Assembly: GCA_964016885.1 (NCBI GenBank)
Contig: OZ024743.1
Location: 291,276,001 to 291,340,000 of the forward strand
DNA length: 64,000 bases
Origin: Eledone cirrhosa
Lineage: Eukaryota
Reading direction: 5' to 3'
The stretch's first letter is position 1. Each line of letters opens with the position of its first letter. The notes under the pieces are model-generated. The model searched no databases. It was not told the DNA's origin and saw only the letters and a list, made by a program, of their open reading frames with translations. Shown here in pieces: positions 24,654 to 40,029 of this stretch. The translations under genes and the position numbers were made by a program.

Positions 24654-26494
24654 TTATTATTATGTATATTATTATTATTATTATGTATATACTGTAAATA
24701 TGTTATAGACTTGTTAAATAATTCTGTTTCTATGGTTTGATTTGATGATTAAACAACCAGTATATAGTTGTTCCAATGTTTTTGCGTAGTTAATAATTTA
24801 GTTAATCTAAATGGTTAACTATGTGACGTTATTGCGAGTAGGTGAATCATTTTTCGAAACATACACGGATACTCTTTTACCGACATATCTTATTTAGCCA
24901 ACACGGATTCCTCTATGATGTGTCTTAACCAGGTCTAACTAATTATCAAGTTTTCTACAAATTACACTGCTGTGATATGAAATTCAGGGTGCATTTAGAT
25001 GAAAATACGGGATCATTATGATTCGAACGAACTTGATCATAGATTTGCCTTATCAATTCATACGCTTTGAGGAAATGACGTCCCTAAGAATTCGTATAAT
25101 TATAGAATCCAGATATGAATTTATTATAGAATGGGTGTGGATTAGCAGTATCGGGGTGTCAACAGTCATACGCAGTCAATTAAATAAAATACAAGTAACA
25201 CACTGTGTCGATTTAATCAATGTTTACTTTCCCCCACATTGTTCGCTATGTGCCTTAATCAGAAACCCTTATAGTTTATAGTACGCTGAGATCAATTTAA
25301 AATGTAGAACAGTGAGAATTTCAGAAGGACTCTCCATGACATGTTTATACTACACTCCTGAAATAATTTAAATAGAGTTCCTAATATATTTTCTGATTTA
25401 CGTCACTACTAGAGAATAGAGATATTATAATTTATTTATTATGTTTTGTGTTCGAGTGTTTCCAGTAACTTAAAGTCGATAAAATAAACATCAGAAGAGA
25501 ATGTGTTCGGCGAATGGTATTTTGCGGCGTTTTATTTGTCATATGTTGATAGTTGTAGTATTTTGGACACACTTGCAGTTTGAAAATACCTCACATCCTA
25601 TAGCGCTCTGAAAACAATTACAGTCAGTCACATTCTCACCCTGATTAAATATTAAGTAATGAATAATTGCTACTTCTCAACCTGCGAAGACTGTAAGTAC
25701 ATATATATGAAACTATACGAAAATCTCTCTAAGACATCAAGCGTTAAAATAATAATTAACTTCATTGTAATGTAGTGTTTGCTGTCTTGTTTTCTGTTTA
25801 CTTTTCGCATATTTATATACTAATCAACGGAAACAGGATACTAGCGTTCTTTCTAATGTTTCATATTTGGAACAATTAGACTAAATTAATAAAATTACAG
25901 GTGTCCACATTATATATATTTAAAATTATTTTCTGTAATACGAAAACTATGGTTTCTATTTTCTTCACATTTCTAAAGTAAATTATGGCTTAATACATAT
26001 GCATATACATATATATATTTATACTCACTACTATACTTATTCAATAATGTATATTCAGGTATCACTGTTCTACTCATGTTTAAAGAAAATATGGCACCTC
26101 ATTGTAACAGAAAATTCCGATACGAAAATATAATAACGAAACGTTTCACTTTCTCTTAAACGTAGGCTACACATATAATAAGAAACGAGATACGAAATCT
26201 GCCTCATCTGAAAAATCACATCATATTCAAACCACCTTATCTCATTCTTCAGTAAACTACATTTATACTATATTTGCATATATAAACATTTGCAAGTAAA
26301 ATGTGAATGTCGTTAGCCTGAGTTAATATAAGTGGACGAAATTTATTCTTGCATGGTTATTGTTGGTTTTTCCTACGATTCAAATTCAGTGAACAGTTAT
26401 AACGTATGCACAACCCACACCTGTACACACGCACACATGCCCGCCCCCATACACACGCAAACACACACACACAAATATATATATATATATATAG

Positions 26495-26625
26495 TGTGAG
26501 GTAAGATACCAGGTAGACCATAACGCACCAGATTACTTGATACTTAAAGTAGTAGAGTGGGTAATAGGGAAATAATCAGGACGCCGACGGCTGAACTCCG
26601 GCCACTTTGACAGCTAGATCCGAAA
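26495..26625 (-). mobile_element. PLE family A 3' fragment
   Basis: ACCATAACGCACCAGATTACTTGATACTTAAAGTAGTAGAGTGGGTAATAGG..CCGACGGCTG matches 6060-6170; abuts (TA)n. Confidence 0.7.
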
Positions 26626-26658
26626 TAAGCCTGACTCTTTTCCTACACCACACACACA

Positions 26659-26699
<41 letters not shown>

Positions 26700-27225
26700 A
26701 CACACACACGCACACACATATATATATATATATATGGATATTTGGATTACATAAACGAATGTAAACGAATGTAAAACAAGTCATACTCATTCAGGCACCT
26801 ACACACATAAGCGTGCTCGTGAGTTTTTATTTATTACAAACACTGAGAATGCGATCTACTGTGACAGCATTTATATATGAGTAAAAAGGAATGTTAAATA
26901 ATATATATAGCAAACATTAAAAAAAGCTAAAGATGATAAAAGAAAATATGTTGAAGAAAAATGATCATGTTAAGATTTAAAGTAAGAGCAAAATAACATG
27001 TTAAAAAAATTAAAAAAATTAGATGCTGTCAAACAGTTTCTTATACCTAATTGCACATTGTCACAAATATTAGATACCTTCATTTATCTTCATAGAATAA
27101 CTAGTTTCCTGGATTTTCTTGGCGTAGTTCTCAAATACAATTTCATACCAGTCAACACACACACACACGGACATACACAACACACACACACACACACACA
27201 CACATACACACACACACACACACAC

Positions 27226-27290
<65 letters not shown>

Positions 27291-27319
27291 TGTGTATATA
27301 TAAATAAATAAATATATAT

Positions 27320-27365
<46 letters not shown>

Positions 27366-27394
27366 GTAAATTAGCGGGAATCGGATTGAAAATT

Positions 27395-27720
27395 ATACCC
27401 GGACCCCTGGAAGGTTGGTAATATCCAGTATGGGGTTTCTGCAACTCATAAATCAAGTACTGTCTGCTTAGACAAATAATGTTAAGCTTTTGGTATGATG
27501 ATCGAACAAGGAAGTCACTTTTTCAACAGGCTTTTAGTTCAGTGCCAAGCCAAGGACTGACCGTTATCAAAACCCACGTGGGGTTTGACAAGTGGGTCAA
27601 CCCTTATTTTGGCGGATGAATTCAGTATGTGTGTTATTGCAAAATTGCAGTATATCACAAAACGAATTAAGCTCTCAACAGAATGGTTTTAAAATCAACA
27701 AGAGCTATCAGTCAATAGAA
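27395..27720 (+). mobile_element. Decayed PLE endonuclease-region fragment
   Basis: Homologous to 52865-53200 and, inverted, ~15590-15655 (ACCCGGACCC..GGGTTTCTGCAACTC); remnants resemble a GIY-YIG C-terminus. Confidence 0.4.
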
Positions 27721-27743
27721 TTAACTGAACAAATTAATACATA

Positions 27744-28620
<877 letters not shown>

Positions 28621-28623
28621 ATA

Positions 28624-28743
<120 letters not shown>

Positions 28744-29914
28744 ACATTGCTCGGTTTGTTGTTTTTTTGTTCGTTTTTTCTCTTTTCGTACCTTTTCCCT
28801 TCTATTTTCCTTTCCTCCCTCCTCCGTTTTTCCAATAACTTATCCAGTTACTGAACGCTCTGTGCGGTAGAAATCTTGTCTTTAAAGCGTGCAAATATCT
28901 GAGAACCCCAGTAGACATCTGACGAGGAAAACTCCCTCGCCCCCGTTCTTGCTTTCTTCTTATTCCCACTGCATTTTAAGCTATATATATATAGTTTAAT
29001 AAATAAACAGAGAACAAAAAAACAGAGAGGCAGTACAAATGATATAGTATTAGTTTCACCCTTGAGTGTGGGGGGTAGAGTGGTATATATTGTATAGATA
29101 TTGATGTAATTTAATTCAAGAACTCAGCGTGTATTTTCCACACAGGGGTGACGGAGTATTTTTAGTACAAGGAAATACAAAATAACATGATAAAGTCCTT
29201 CATTGATAAGGCCGTGATACATATTTCTAGGACGACATTCGTTACGCAATTCGGCTTAGAAGCCACTGCCATGCACTCATCAGACAGCGTCTTACATAAT
29301 AAAGTTACAATCAAGGAGGAATCCAAAACTGAGGTGAGAAGGGAACGGTCAAACAGCGATATTCACTAGTCGAATGCCCGTTCGCCTTTGAGGTTCAATT
29401 CGTACTAACAGATCAACGTATACGTAAAAGTAGGATATTGAGCTGATGACTATTATAAACCGAAGCTAATTATCTGAGGTATGATCATACCCGGCCTTGC
29501 TTATAGTAGTAGGTCACCTGTTAGTGAGCCGACCCTGAGTCTAGCCGGTATCGCGCTAGCCGAATATTGTGGTAAAGGTATATTATAAGTTACATTTGCT
29601 TTAATACTACACACGTATCTGCCTAATTTTGTGTCAAGGTACTATGGTGTCCTTATGAAAGTAAAAAATAGTAAATAGACGGAATTAAAAGATGTTAATC
29701 GTTGTAAATTAAAGAATATAAGCTATAGAATGTGATAACTTAGACGAAAGGTAGCAAATATCATCCTCCATTGGATGAATTAAAAATACAGAGAGATAAA
29801 GATATATCGGTAGAGAGCATGGTAAGTATACATACGTGCACACACATATGGACATACATAGAGACACACACATACACATGCACACACACACACACACACA
29901 CACAATATATATAT

Positions 29915-30128
29915 AGGAACGATCGACTCTCGTCGAATCGGACCGAGGGAACAATGTTTCCGTTGGTCTTTCCAATTGCTAATACTATCTATCGGTCGCA
30001 ACTCCAGGTAGAAGGAGCAACGTGAAATAAAGTGTCTTGCTCAAGGACATAACGCATCGCCTGGTCCAGGAATCGAACTCACAACCTTACGATTGCGAAT
30101 CCAATTCTCTATCCACTCCGCCACACGC

Positions 30129-30130
<2 letters not shown>
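29915..30130 (-). mobile_element. tRNA-derived SINE family 2 (CORE-like body)
   Basis: Head TGGCGGAGTGG..GAGTTCGATTCC (A/B boxes) followed by TGTCCTTGAGCAAGACACTT; second copy at 58990-59210, 3' fragment at ~37757-37808. Confidence 0.85.
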
Positions 30131-30213
<83 letters not shown>

Positions 30214-30214
30214 T

Positions 30215-30269
<55 letters not shown>

Positions 30270-30279
30270 GTACACACAC

Positions 30280-33200
30280 GCGTGGTTTTGTCTTTGCGTG
30301 TAATTGTTTTTCACTGCTCCAAATAATGACGTATTATATTCGTTCTTTGCGAGGGAACGTTTCCTCGAACCAAAGTATTGTCTTCCTGTCTTCCTCCGGT
30401 TGCAACGTTTTTTGAAATATTCACTTCTGCGTTCACAGATTGACTTTGTTGGTTTCAGAACATCCCGTTAAGTGTGAAAGCAGCGATTCTTTGCTTAAAC
30501 TTTAATCTGTTTTTTAATAAATATTTGCTCTACGGTTCCTATATATTTGATATATATTTATCCTTATCGAGCCCTCTTTGGATTTTAGTCTTCAAATTTA
30601 TTATTATTACTATTTGGCTCCCTCGGTTGAGCACTCTATTGATTTATATTCATCATGCAGAAACAACATCTGAATATTTCTACAAAGAACATACCCGTAC
30701 CAAGCAGGAAAACATACCTAAAACTCCTGATACAGAAAAGGTTGCATTGGCGTGCCTATTATTTCGATAACCAGGAAATGCAGACAACAAACAGGATAAA
30801 TTTGGGTTTAAAACCTATAATAACCCTCCGAGTAACTAAGCATTGCTACACTTCGAAAATGATGTCTTGGAACTCATACGGAGTATCGCATTTCGGATTA
30901 GGAGCAATTCCTTCCAGCAGGACCTGAAGAATAGAATTCGTTCTATTAAGGATTATAATGCCTTGCACGTCCATTCCGACGAAACTGGCAATCTATATCA
31001 AGTGGAGCGCAGTACCTACCATCAACTGCTACATAATGCTGTAACTAAGGATTACCGTGAAACTCATCTGAGCATCATTAATGAAATCAACGATGCTGGG
31101 TTTAAAATCATCTCTGATCTCAACATCCTACACCGGACGGAACATCTGGACCCTATTTCTCCCCACTTTACCCTGAAGGATCACAAATCCAATTACCGAA
31201 CCACCTCTCTATTCGGCTTATTAACCCTACGAAGTCCGATTTAGGTAGACTTAGTAAAAGGATTCTTGATAGAATTATACCTGAAATTAGAAGTTGCACC
31301 GTGGAACAATTTTTGGCGGTGATTTATTGGTTCAACGGCATATGCAACAAGGAACATTGCCGTTTTATCCAATTCGACATCAATAATTACTACTCCTCCA
31401 TCACTTTACCACTTCTCCTTAGAGCTATCAATTTCGCTAAAACACTCACAGTGGTTAAGGATTTCGAAGTTTATGTCATCCTCAATGCCCGTAAGTCGGT
31501 GATTGATTTCGACGACTCTATTTGGATTAAAAAATCTAATAGTACCCCATTCGACGTGAGTATGGGCGACAGCAATTCTGCGGAGGTTACTGATCTTATC
31601 GTCCTTTTCCTTCTTTTCTCTATCAAGGAAGAATTCCCCAACGTGGGCGGTTGTTTGTACCGTGATGATGGTCTTTTGTCCATGACTAAGTGCGGCCCAC
31701 CTGTTGCGATAGGTTCAGAAATGAACGCATAGCCTTCTTTAAAGGCTCCAACCTCTCCATACAGGTTGAGTCCAACCTCTCGGTCGTTAATTACCTCGAC
31801 GTTACCCTCAATTTATCGAATGGCTTGCATTACCCGTATAGAAAGCCGAATGATATGCTTAATTACATAAGTAAGCATTGTAACCACCCTCCCAACATAA
31901 CCAAGAACCTGGTAAGAAACGTTCTTTGAGGCTTTCCCGTCTACCTACTAACGAGCATATTTTCAACGACCATTCCACTTATTACAATGAAGCTCTTGCT
32001 CGGAGTGGATTTTACGATAAGGTAGCATATACAGAGTACGAGAATATACCTAGAAGAAATAGATCCCGACGTATTATATGGTATAACCCACCATATAATA
32101 TGGAGGTGGCCACACCATTAGCTAAGATATTTCTCTCCCTTATTATGAAGATTTTTCCTCCTACACATAAATATACTAAAATTGTTAATAGAAATAATAT
32201 TTAAATTTCTTACTCTACGACTCCTAGCATTGCACATAACATTACAGCTTCAAATTTAGCTAAACTACCTAGTCGTAGGAACACGTGCAACCCTGTAGTT
32301 AGTACTAACTGTAATTGTAGGAATCGGGTTGACTGCCCCCTATCCGGGAAATGCCTCTCTAGTAACATTGTCTTACAAATGTAAGGTTGAAACACCCACG
32401 TCCCGTAGGGCCTACATAGGGTTAACCGCCAATCGATTCAAGCACCGTCTTTATATGCATACCCATTATTTTCGTTACCCTCTAAGAAGGAATATGAAGT
32501 CACTTTCAGCTTATATCTGTAGTCTAAAAGACAACCACACCCAATATAAGTTACACTGGGAGATCCTAGCTAGGGATAGATCGTATAACGGAAATATAAG
32601 ACCATGCGACCTCTGCGCCGCTGAGGCCCTGGAAATACTCTACGCCAAAGACCACATCTTAAACAAAAAATATGAAGCAATTTCGGCTTGTAAACATAAA
32701 TTGCACAACACTTATTACTGCCCCACATTATTACTGTATTACTGTATTACTGCCCCACATTATACCCTAACGGATAGTACGAAGTACTATATATGTTATA
32801 TATGTCATGGCGTATATATTATATATTCTGGTACATATGCTTTTGGTAATGTGTATACGTGAGTTTTGCGTCTGTGTGAGTACGAGGGTTCGTACGTATG
32901 TAGGGTGTGTGTATATGTGTACTTTTTTCTGGTTGACGTTCGTCTCTGAGCATATGTGTATTTACATCTAGGTATGTGTGTGCGCTTGTTATATACGTAT
33001 TTATTTATTTATATACGTTTATTTAATTATATGTATACACGCACACACACACACACATATATATATATCTATGTTTAATATATATTTTTTGTGTATTTGG
33101 TGTATACATTCGTATGCGTGCGGGTACAGGCGTTGTGTGTGTTCTGTATGTGCGTGCGGTTTTTTTGTTTTTTTTTGTGTGTACGTGAGTGTATTTGTAT

Positions 33201-33733
33201 ACCTATCGCGAGTGTTTTCGCGTATGCTTCTGTATGTAAGTATGTGGATGCGTGTATGTATTTATTTAATTTCAATAACTTCTGTATTTTATTTACTTTA
33301 TTCTTAACTCTGAAGCCGAGAATCGTTCGGTTTCCTAGTTAGAATTTTAGTCTACGACTTCAGTTATACCATTTATATGGTGTTGTCTTTGCGTGTAATT
33401 GTTCTCCCGTTCCACATATGGCGTATTATCTTCGTCTTTTCCGTTCATTGCCAGAGAACGTCTCTATGAACTACCTAATAGAATATTAGTCTACGACTTC
33501 TTTTATACCATAAACGTTGTTTTGTCTTTGCGTGTAATTAAATAATGACGTATTATATTTTTCCCTTTCTTTGCAAGGGAACGTTTCCACGAACCAAAGT
33601 ATCGTCTTCTGTCTTCCTCCGGTTGCAACGTTTTTTGAAATACTCACTTCAGCGTTCACAGATGGACTTTGTTAGTTTCAGAACATCCCGTTAATGGTGA
33701 AAGCAGCGATTCCTTCCTTAAGCTTTAATCTGT

Positions 33734-33740
<7 letters not shown>
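30280..33740 (+). mobile_element. Near full-length decayed Penelope-like element (Naiad-type motifs) with direct pseudo-LTRs (family C)
   Basis: Frameshifted ORF ~30650-32710: FIQFDINNYYSSIT, FDVSMG..AEVTDL, LYRDDGL, VNYLDVTLNL, CNCR..CPLSGKC, AYIGLTANRFK, CDLCAAE; direct repeats ~30283-30515 and ~33520-33740. Confidence 0.88.
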
Positions 33741-33774
<34 letters not shown>

Positions 33775-34431
33775 TACATGTGCGTACATAAATACATGCA
33801 CATCAAATAGCCAGACGAGTATATTAAGATAAAAATAAGTTATAATTGGTAAATATAGTGATTAACACTACATTCCCGATTTATTTACACTAAATAGGTT
33901 TAATACCATGCTTAATTTACATAGACAATAGAATTGTCCGTTCCCAGCAAATATAATTATTTCATGGTCTTGATATTATATTTAGGTAATGAATATTATA
34001 GTTAGTTAAACGAATGAGAATTAGAAATCGAAACTCTGCTTTAAGTAAATAAGAGATATATGGGATAGCACTGGAATACACGCACACACACACACACATA
34101 TATATATGTATGCGTGTGTATGTGTGTGTGTACATATATATATATTCGTGTGCTATTGAAGTAAGCGTTAGAATGAGTTCTCACTTCAAACGTAGTGTTG
34201 AAATATTATTTTATTATAAAAAGTGAGACTCGTTACTCTCGAGTCTCGCAATGGACTCACATGATCATCATTCAGGACTTGCAACTGTTTTAACCCTTTA
34301 GCATTTAGACCGGCCATATCCTGCCAGTATTCACTTACCTCCTTCTGTTCAAACCGGCTGTAACTGATCTCTCATACTGATGTTATGGTATTGTTTTCAA
34401 ATTAGATAATATCAAAATCTCATAGATTTGA

Positions 34432-34612
34432 TATAATTGTTTCTACTTTTAGCACAAGGCCAGCAATTTTCCCAGTGCTTTCCTGGTACTTTATTTCATC
34501 GATCCGTAAGGATGAAAGGCAAAGTTAACCTCGGCGGGACTTGAACTCAGATCATAAAGGGACGTAACTCTATGCTGGAAATCATGGCGTCCGACCCTCT
34601 ATCGATACTGCC
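34432..34612 (-). mobile_element. SINE family 1
   Basis: Near full-length match to family 1 consensus. Confidence 0.85.
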
Positions 34613-35213
34613 AGAGATAATTATGTGAGGTAGATCCTTTACTGTGGAGTAATGTAAATGTAGAGCCTTTACATAAGGAATAATATAAATGCTAAATGGT
34701 TAATACTTTATTGTGTATTCAAATTTTGAAGACAAGTTTTGTTGATGTAGACCAACTAACAAAGAAAGAAAGCAAACGTGAATTTAGATATAATATCTAT
34801 ATAATACTATCAGCATGCAAACACTTCGAACGTAGTAACCACCTTTGATATTAAGACATGGTTTGCGTCACAGAAACAGATCGTATGCTGAAGTATTTTT
34901 TGTAGTGGCAGTTTAAGATTTCTGTATTACAATTTCAGTGTACAATTGTGTATACAAATAATAGGATTATCAAACCAAATATGTCGCATCCTCAATATAA
35001 GGAATTTAATCTCAGCCCTGTATATACATTAATATATAGACAAACCAGAATTCTTTGACCTATTATGCTGTACACCAGACAATCTTTGTAAATGTGTCAG
35101 TTTATATAACTACATTTATATAACAATATATAACTACATTTCCATGGTTATATGGATAACTGTACCCGCACATATACGATGCATATCAATTCAATTCAAC
35201 AGTGTATATTCGC

Positions 35214-35288
<75 letters not shown>

Positions 35289-35999
35289 TCTGTGTATGCG
35301 CGCGTGCGCGTATGTTATTTTAATAGTAAATCTAAAGACAGGTGCAATGAACTTGCCGTTCGCATTTCTTATGAGACCGTCGACTTCTCTGACGTTCGAA
35401 AAAACAGGATTATCAAAAGAGGAGATATGTCTGACACGGATGTACCAAATAGAAGAGGCATAGATGAAATATATTCCTAAGCCAATACAGCATTTTAATA
35501 ATACTACAATGCGTAGAAGGAGACAACATGTCTGTGGAGGAGATGTAACAGAAGAAATAATCTAATTAACCGGCTGAGATATTTTGCTGAATATGGTTTA
35601 ATCATGTCGTTGAGAGCAACAATTCCAACAACATAAATTTGGGAGCATTTCTCACGTATTATATATAGTGTAAGTCGTTATGCGCCTTTGGTGAGACTTT
35701 ACGGTCCTACACTTAAAACACTGAGGAGGGTATCTCCAAATTTTATGAAATACTAAGGGACATTTCCTGAGGTGTTCATTACATGACAAGTTGTTTCTCG
35801 CGGGCGATTGTAACACGTGTTTGTGAGAGCATTGTCAGACATGGAGTGCTCTTGGTTCATATGGTGTGGGATAAGTTGCAACTCATCCGACTATGAACTG
35901 AACTAGACCTTTCTATTATAAAAACATATACGTTGATATATAAACATTTTCCCTTATACGTTGATATATAAACATTTTCTTCGTTTCAGCCCAAGTCAA

Positions 36000-37390
36000 A
36001 ACTGAACAACCCATAGATTATCTTATTTTTCGCGATCTTGATATTCAAGATATAAGAAACACGAGGCTTTGCCGTGGTGCCGATTGGTTCCAAAAAACGA
36101 ATGGTGAAATTAATGAAGCCTTAGCATTTAAATGAAATGTTAGCTTTCTACTTTGAAAGCTGGAAATCATCACCGATTTAATGCTGTTTGCGAACTTTTT
36201 AACGATATCAATATGCATGTGGAAAGTGAAATATGTGAAATGAAGGATGACAATGGTAACATTCGTATCAGGTACTCTGCTGTGATAATGAAGCCTTGGG
36301 AACAACATTATACAGATCTGCTCCGTAACACATCTTTTGGGATGCTATAATGATCGGGAATTTACGCTAATTTAACCTTGCCAATGAATTAAAATATTCT
36401 CCATCTAAGTGAAAATGTTGATGTTGCCTTAATCCAGTGAAATAAAGATAAAGCCCCAGTTACTGATACATACTAACGGGCGTTCTCCTGTATTGTCCAG
36501 ATAGAATCAAACATCTGCTAATGACATGTGTTTCGCGTTTGTGCCGCAAGATAAGAAAGATAAATTATGGTCTCACTGCACAAAGGTAAAGGCAAATAAG
36601 ATATGTGTGATAACTAAAGGAACATTTAGTTGTACAGGCACTGTTGCAAAACATATACTAGATTTATTTTCTGAATAGGTAGTTTTATGATAATATGAAA
36701 ACAAGGGTTAATATTAATTGATTTCAAACTGACCCAGTACAATTAGATAAATCTGGAAAGCAAGGATATATTCTGGCGCCTACCTTTGTCTCGTTGTTCC
36801 ATTCCATTGTTATTGTTAAAAGTTTGAGAATTATGATGTTCGGATTTGTTAGTTACCGGTAAATAGTAAAGTTATTTAATCTGGGCCTTTTTTCTGCCAA
36901 TAGTACAACTTTTGTATCAATGGTTCACGGTTTCCTCTACATTCCTGATGAATGTAACCTTAGGATGAATGTATGCGTGCTAGGAGTTTGAGCAACAAAA
37001 CAGATTTGATTACACCAGCCTGGCAATTAATATCAAATATTTTCGTTGATTGTTTTCGGCTGGATCCTACCAAAAACTTCGTTTATCTAGAAACTATAAT
37101 TTCGAGGGATGAGTCAGTAGATGGAGTGATTAATCTGCGTATTAGGAAACTCGTTTAGTACATTATAGGATAGAGTGAGGTTCCAGCATGACATGCAGTT
37201 ACCACTATAATTAGATAGGTATAATGCTTGCATTCGCACAGCACATTTGTATTCCACCTAAACGAAGAGCATTTAAGGAGAGCACATAAATATTTTAGAA
37301 TGGTTTCACTGGAACTGACTGAAACAGATGAGATTCTGAGATTGAAATTCGCAAGCTTTGCACCTGGTACAACTGTCATTCAATGTGTTA
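36000..37390 (+). mobile_element. Highly decayed RTE-clade LINE
   Basis: Remnants QDIRNTRLCRGADW (APE end), KQGYILAPTF (RT), FVYLETIISRD..INLRIRK; many stops. Confidence 0.5.
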
Positions 37391-37547
37391 AGTGTAAGTG
37401 TATGGACAGGCACCCATGAAAGGTATGTAACTTTGTACGGCTTGTGAAGGCCTACAATCTACAAACGTATTGAGTAACTTTTTGAATGTGGTCACCTCCC
37501 AAATTTCATCAGAAATTCCACATAATAGTATATATATGTATATGTAT

Positions 37548-37755
37548 ATAAGAACATGTTTGACCCCGACAGCAGAGCTCAAGTCGTTTTGACGGCTATT
37601 TCTGGACCATCCTGGTCCAGAAATAGCCGTCGAAACGGCTTGAGCTCTGGTGTCAGGGTCAAACATTTTCTTATTACCCACTCTACTACCCTAAGTATTG
37701 AGTACTCTGGTGCGTTATGGTCCATCTGGTTCCTTACCACACTTCCTTCGTTATA
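37548..37755. mobile_element. Family A head-to-head palindrome
   Basis: Centre 37610-37612 (CTGGACCA-TCC-TGGTCCAG); right arm ~80 nt longer. Confidence 0.8.
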
Positions 37756-37825
37756 AATGCGGAAACATTGTTCCCTCGGTCCGATTTGACAAAAGTCGAT
37801 CGATCCTTTTATATATATATATATA

Positions 37826-38030
37826 TCTAGGGCGGGTAAAATTCCCGAGATCCATGGATGAGTTATCTCCAGCGGTCTCTGTCCCTCATTATCCCTGCCA
37901 TGTCCTGCGTCTCCAACAGACCAGTGTCTGCCCTTAGGGCATCAACATACGTTAACCTTGGTCTTCCTCTTCCAGTGTGTCCATGTAGGGGCTCCCACAG
38001 GAGCACTGAGTGCAATGTCAACTCTGGGTG
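37826..38030 (-). mobile_element. RTEX-like LINE 3' fragment
   Basis: Reverse complement matches ~50960-51165. Confidence 0.85.
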
Positions 38031-38039
<9 letters not shown>

Positions 38040-38075
<36 letters not shown>

Positions 38076-38151
38076 CAGTGTGTGTGTGTATGTGTGTGTG
38101 TATGTGTGTGTATGTGAGTGAGTGTGTGTGTGTGGGTGTGTGTGTGGGTGT

Positions 38152-38243
<92 letters not shown>
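38040..38243. repeat. (TA)n/(TG)n compound microsatellite
   Basis: Direct reading. Confidence 0.95.
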
Positions 38244-38245
<2 letters not shown>

Positions 38246-38843
38246 TTTTACGCCACCATTGAGATCAGAATACTTCAACGTTTCCATATTTTCTTTTCCG
38301 TTTCTCTATATCATACCATAACTGTTAAGGTTCTATCAAGACGATCAAATATCTACACCATATTCTATGCATAATCTCATCTGCCAACATAATATCCATC
38401 AACTTTTGCGTGTAACCATCAAGTCAATGCCCTTTCTCTCTTTGAAAATGTAATTATATATATATATATGTTCTTCATTTAAGACACATTCCTCTAAATA
38501 GGCAAAACATCCCCTTAATAGCAGAGTCTGAAGAATAGAAAGATAAAATTGACAATCAAACGCATTGCACATACGACTACGCTATTATATCTCACGCTGC
38601 GCATAGTATTCATTTCTAGAATATTTAGATACAAGGAAGATGCGAAATTATTGATAAGTATGTTTTTAAATTATTTTCAAATAATATAATGGGAAGTATT
38701 TATTCTCTACTTGAAGATAAGTTATTTTCGCACAGTAATGTCAGACCAGCAGGACAAAATAGCTAATGAAATATGGTGAAATTTTAATGAACACTGAAAT
38801 GAACAGTAATCTAAGAAGCTGGGTATATATATATATATATATA

Positions 38844-39163
38844 ATATATAAGAACAAAAGATGGTTAAAAGAGTTCCATGTATTTTATTATGCGCATTTC
38901 AAAAACAAATATCATCATGCAATAATATTTGTTTTCATCAGATAAAATAGGAAGACATGATATGAAGGTTAAAAAACACTTGTGGATAGTGCAGTTTTAA
39001 ATCAACATAACTGCACTATCCACAAGTGTTTTTTAACCTTCATATCATGTCTTCCTATTTTATCTGATGAAAACACAAATATTATTGCATGATGATGTTT
39101 GTTTTTGAAATGCGCATAATAAAATACATGGAACTCCTTTAACCATCTTTTGTTCTTATATAT
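38844..39163. mobile_element. Near-perfect palindrome (~154-bp arms) with two hammerheads, family F
   Basis: Arms 38844-38996 and 39009-39163, 12-nt loop; HHRs at 38881-38949 (-) and 39056-39126 (+). Confidence 0.88.
39056..39126 (+). ncRNA. Type-I hammerhead ribozyme, family F
   Basis: TATTTTAT-CTGATGA-[AAAC ACAAATATTAT..ATGATGTTTGT TTTT]-GAAA-TGCGCA-TA-ATAAAATA: 8-bp stem I, palindromic stem III. Confidence 0.8.
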
Positions 39164-39249
39164 TATGTATACTCCAGTCCTACAAACTGTAGAGTGCTTC
39201 TTATCCGATATCTGCATTGCTTTATTGTACTACAATAAAACTCACCTCC

Positions 39250-39373
<124 letters not shown>

Positions 39374-40029
39374 GAGAGAGAAAGATTGAAGAATAGCATG
39401 GTCGGCTATACATCAACGGAATTTATTTCAAGTATTAACAATTGTTTCATTGATCAGGTGTGTCTAGACGCCACTAATCGCTCGAAGTTGCGTCACTCAA
39501 CCAGACTTTACCTCTGATCAAAATCCTCAGAATACGAATGAACTCACATATGGCATGGTATATATAGAGAGAGATAGAGCGTAGAATCAAAACAATAACC
39601 GCAATAATAAGATATAATGATAAGGTAAACAAGTTACAGATGTAAAAAGTAAAAACACAAAAAAAAAAAATATATACAAAGAACTAAAAATAAGTAAAAG
39701 CATACAGAATACGATAGTTGATAATAATGGTGGGGGTGAGTAAGTGTCTGTATAAGGATGTGGGGGTGGAGGTAGTGCTACCATGAAAAGCAATATGGAT
39801 ACAAACATAGTACGTGTAGAGAATATGAGGTAGTAACAAATGACGGATAAAAGAAAAAAGCAATAAATTAGAAATTAAGTGGGAGATACTAGCATGAGAC
39901 CTAAGGGCTAAGGATGGATGATGAAGGGGGGGGGTTGATATGTGTGTGTGGTAAATATTTTGCCTGCAGATTGTTTTATCTTATTGGGGTTGATGTGATT
40001 TCAAGGAGAGAGGGTGAAAGAAATATTAG

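Noticed and set aside
28919-28945. CTGACGAGG motif after a PLE-like region
   Set aside because: Second half of the core is missing.
29230-29290. CTGATGAG on the minus strand
   Set aside because: No properly placed GAAA or closing stem I; not called as a hammerhead.
32300-32710. Selenocysteine recoding as reported for some Naiad PLEs
   Set aside because: Cys positions in CNCR..CPL..C and CDLC are ordinary TGY codons here; no in-frame TGA at those sites.
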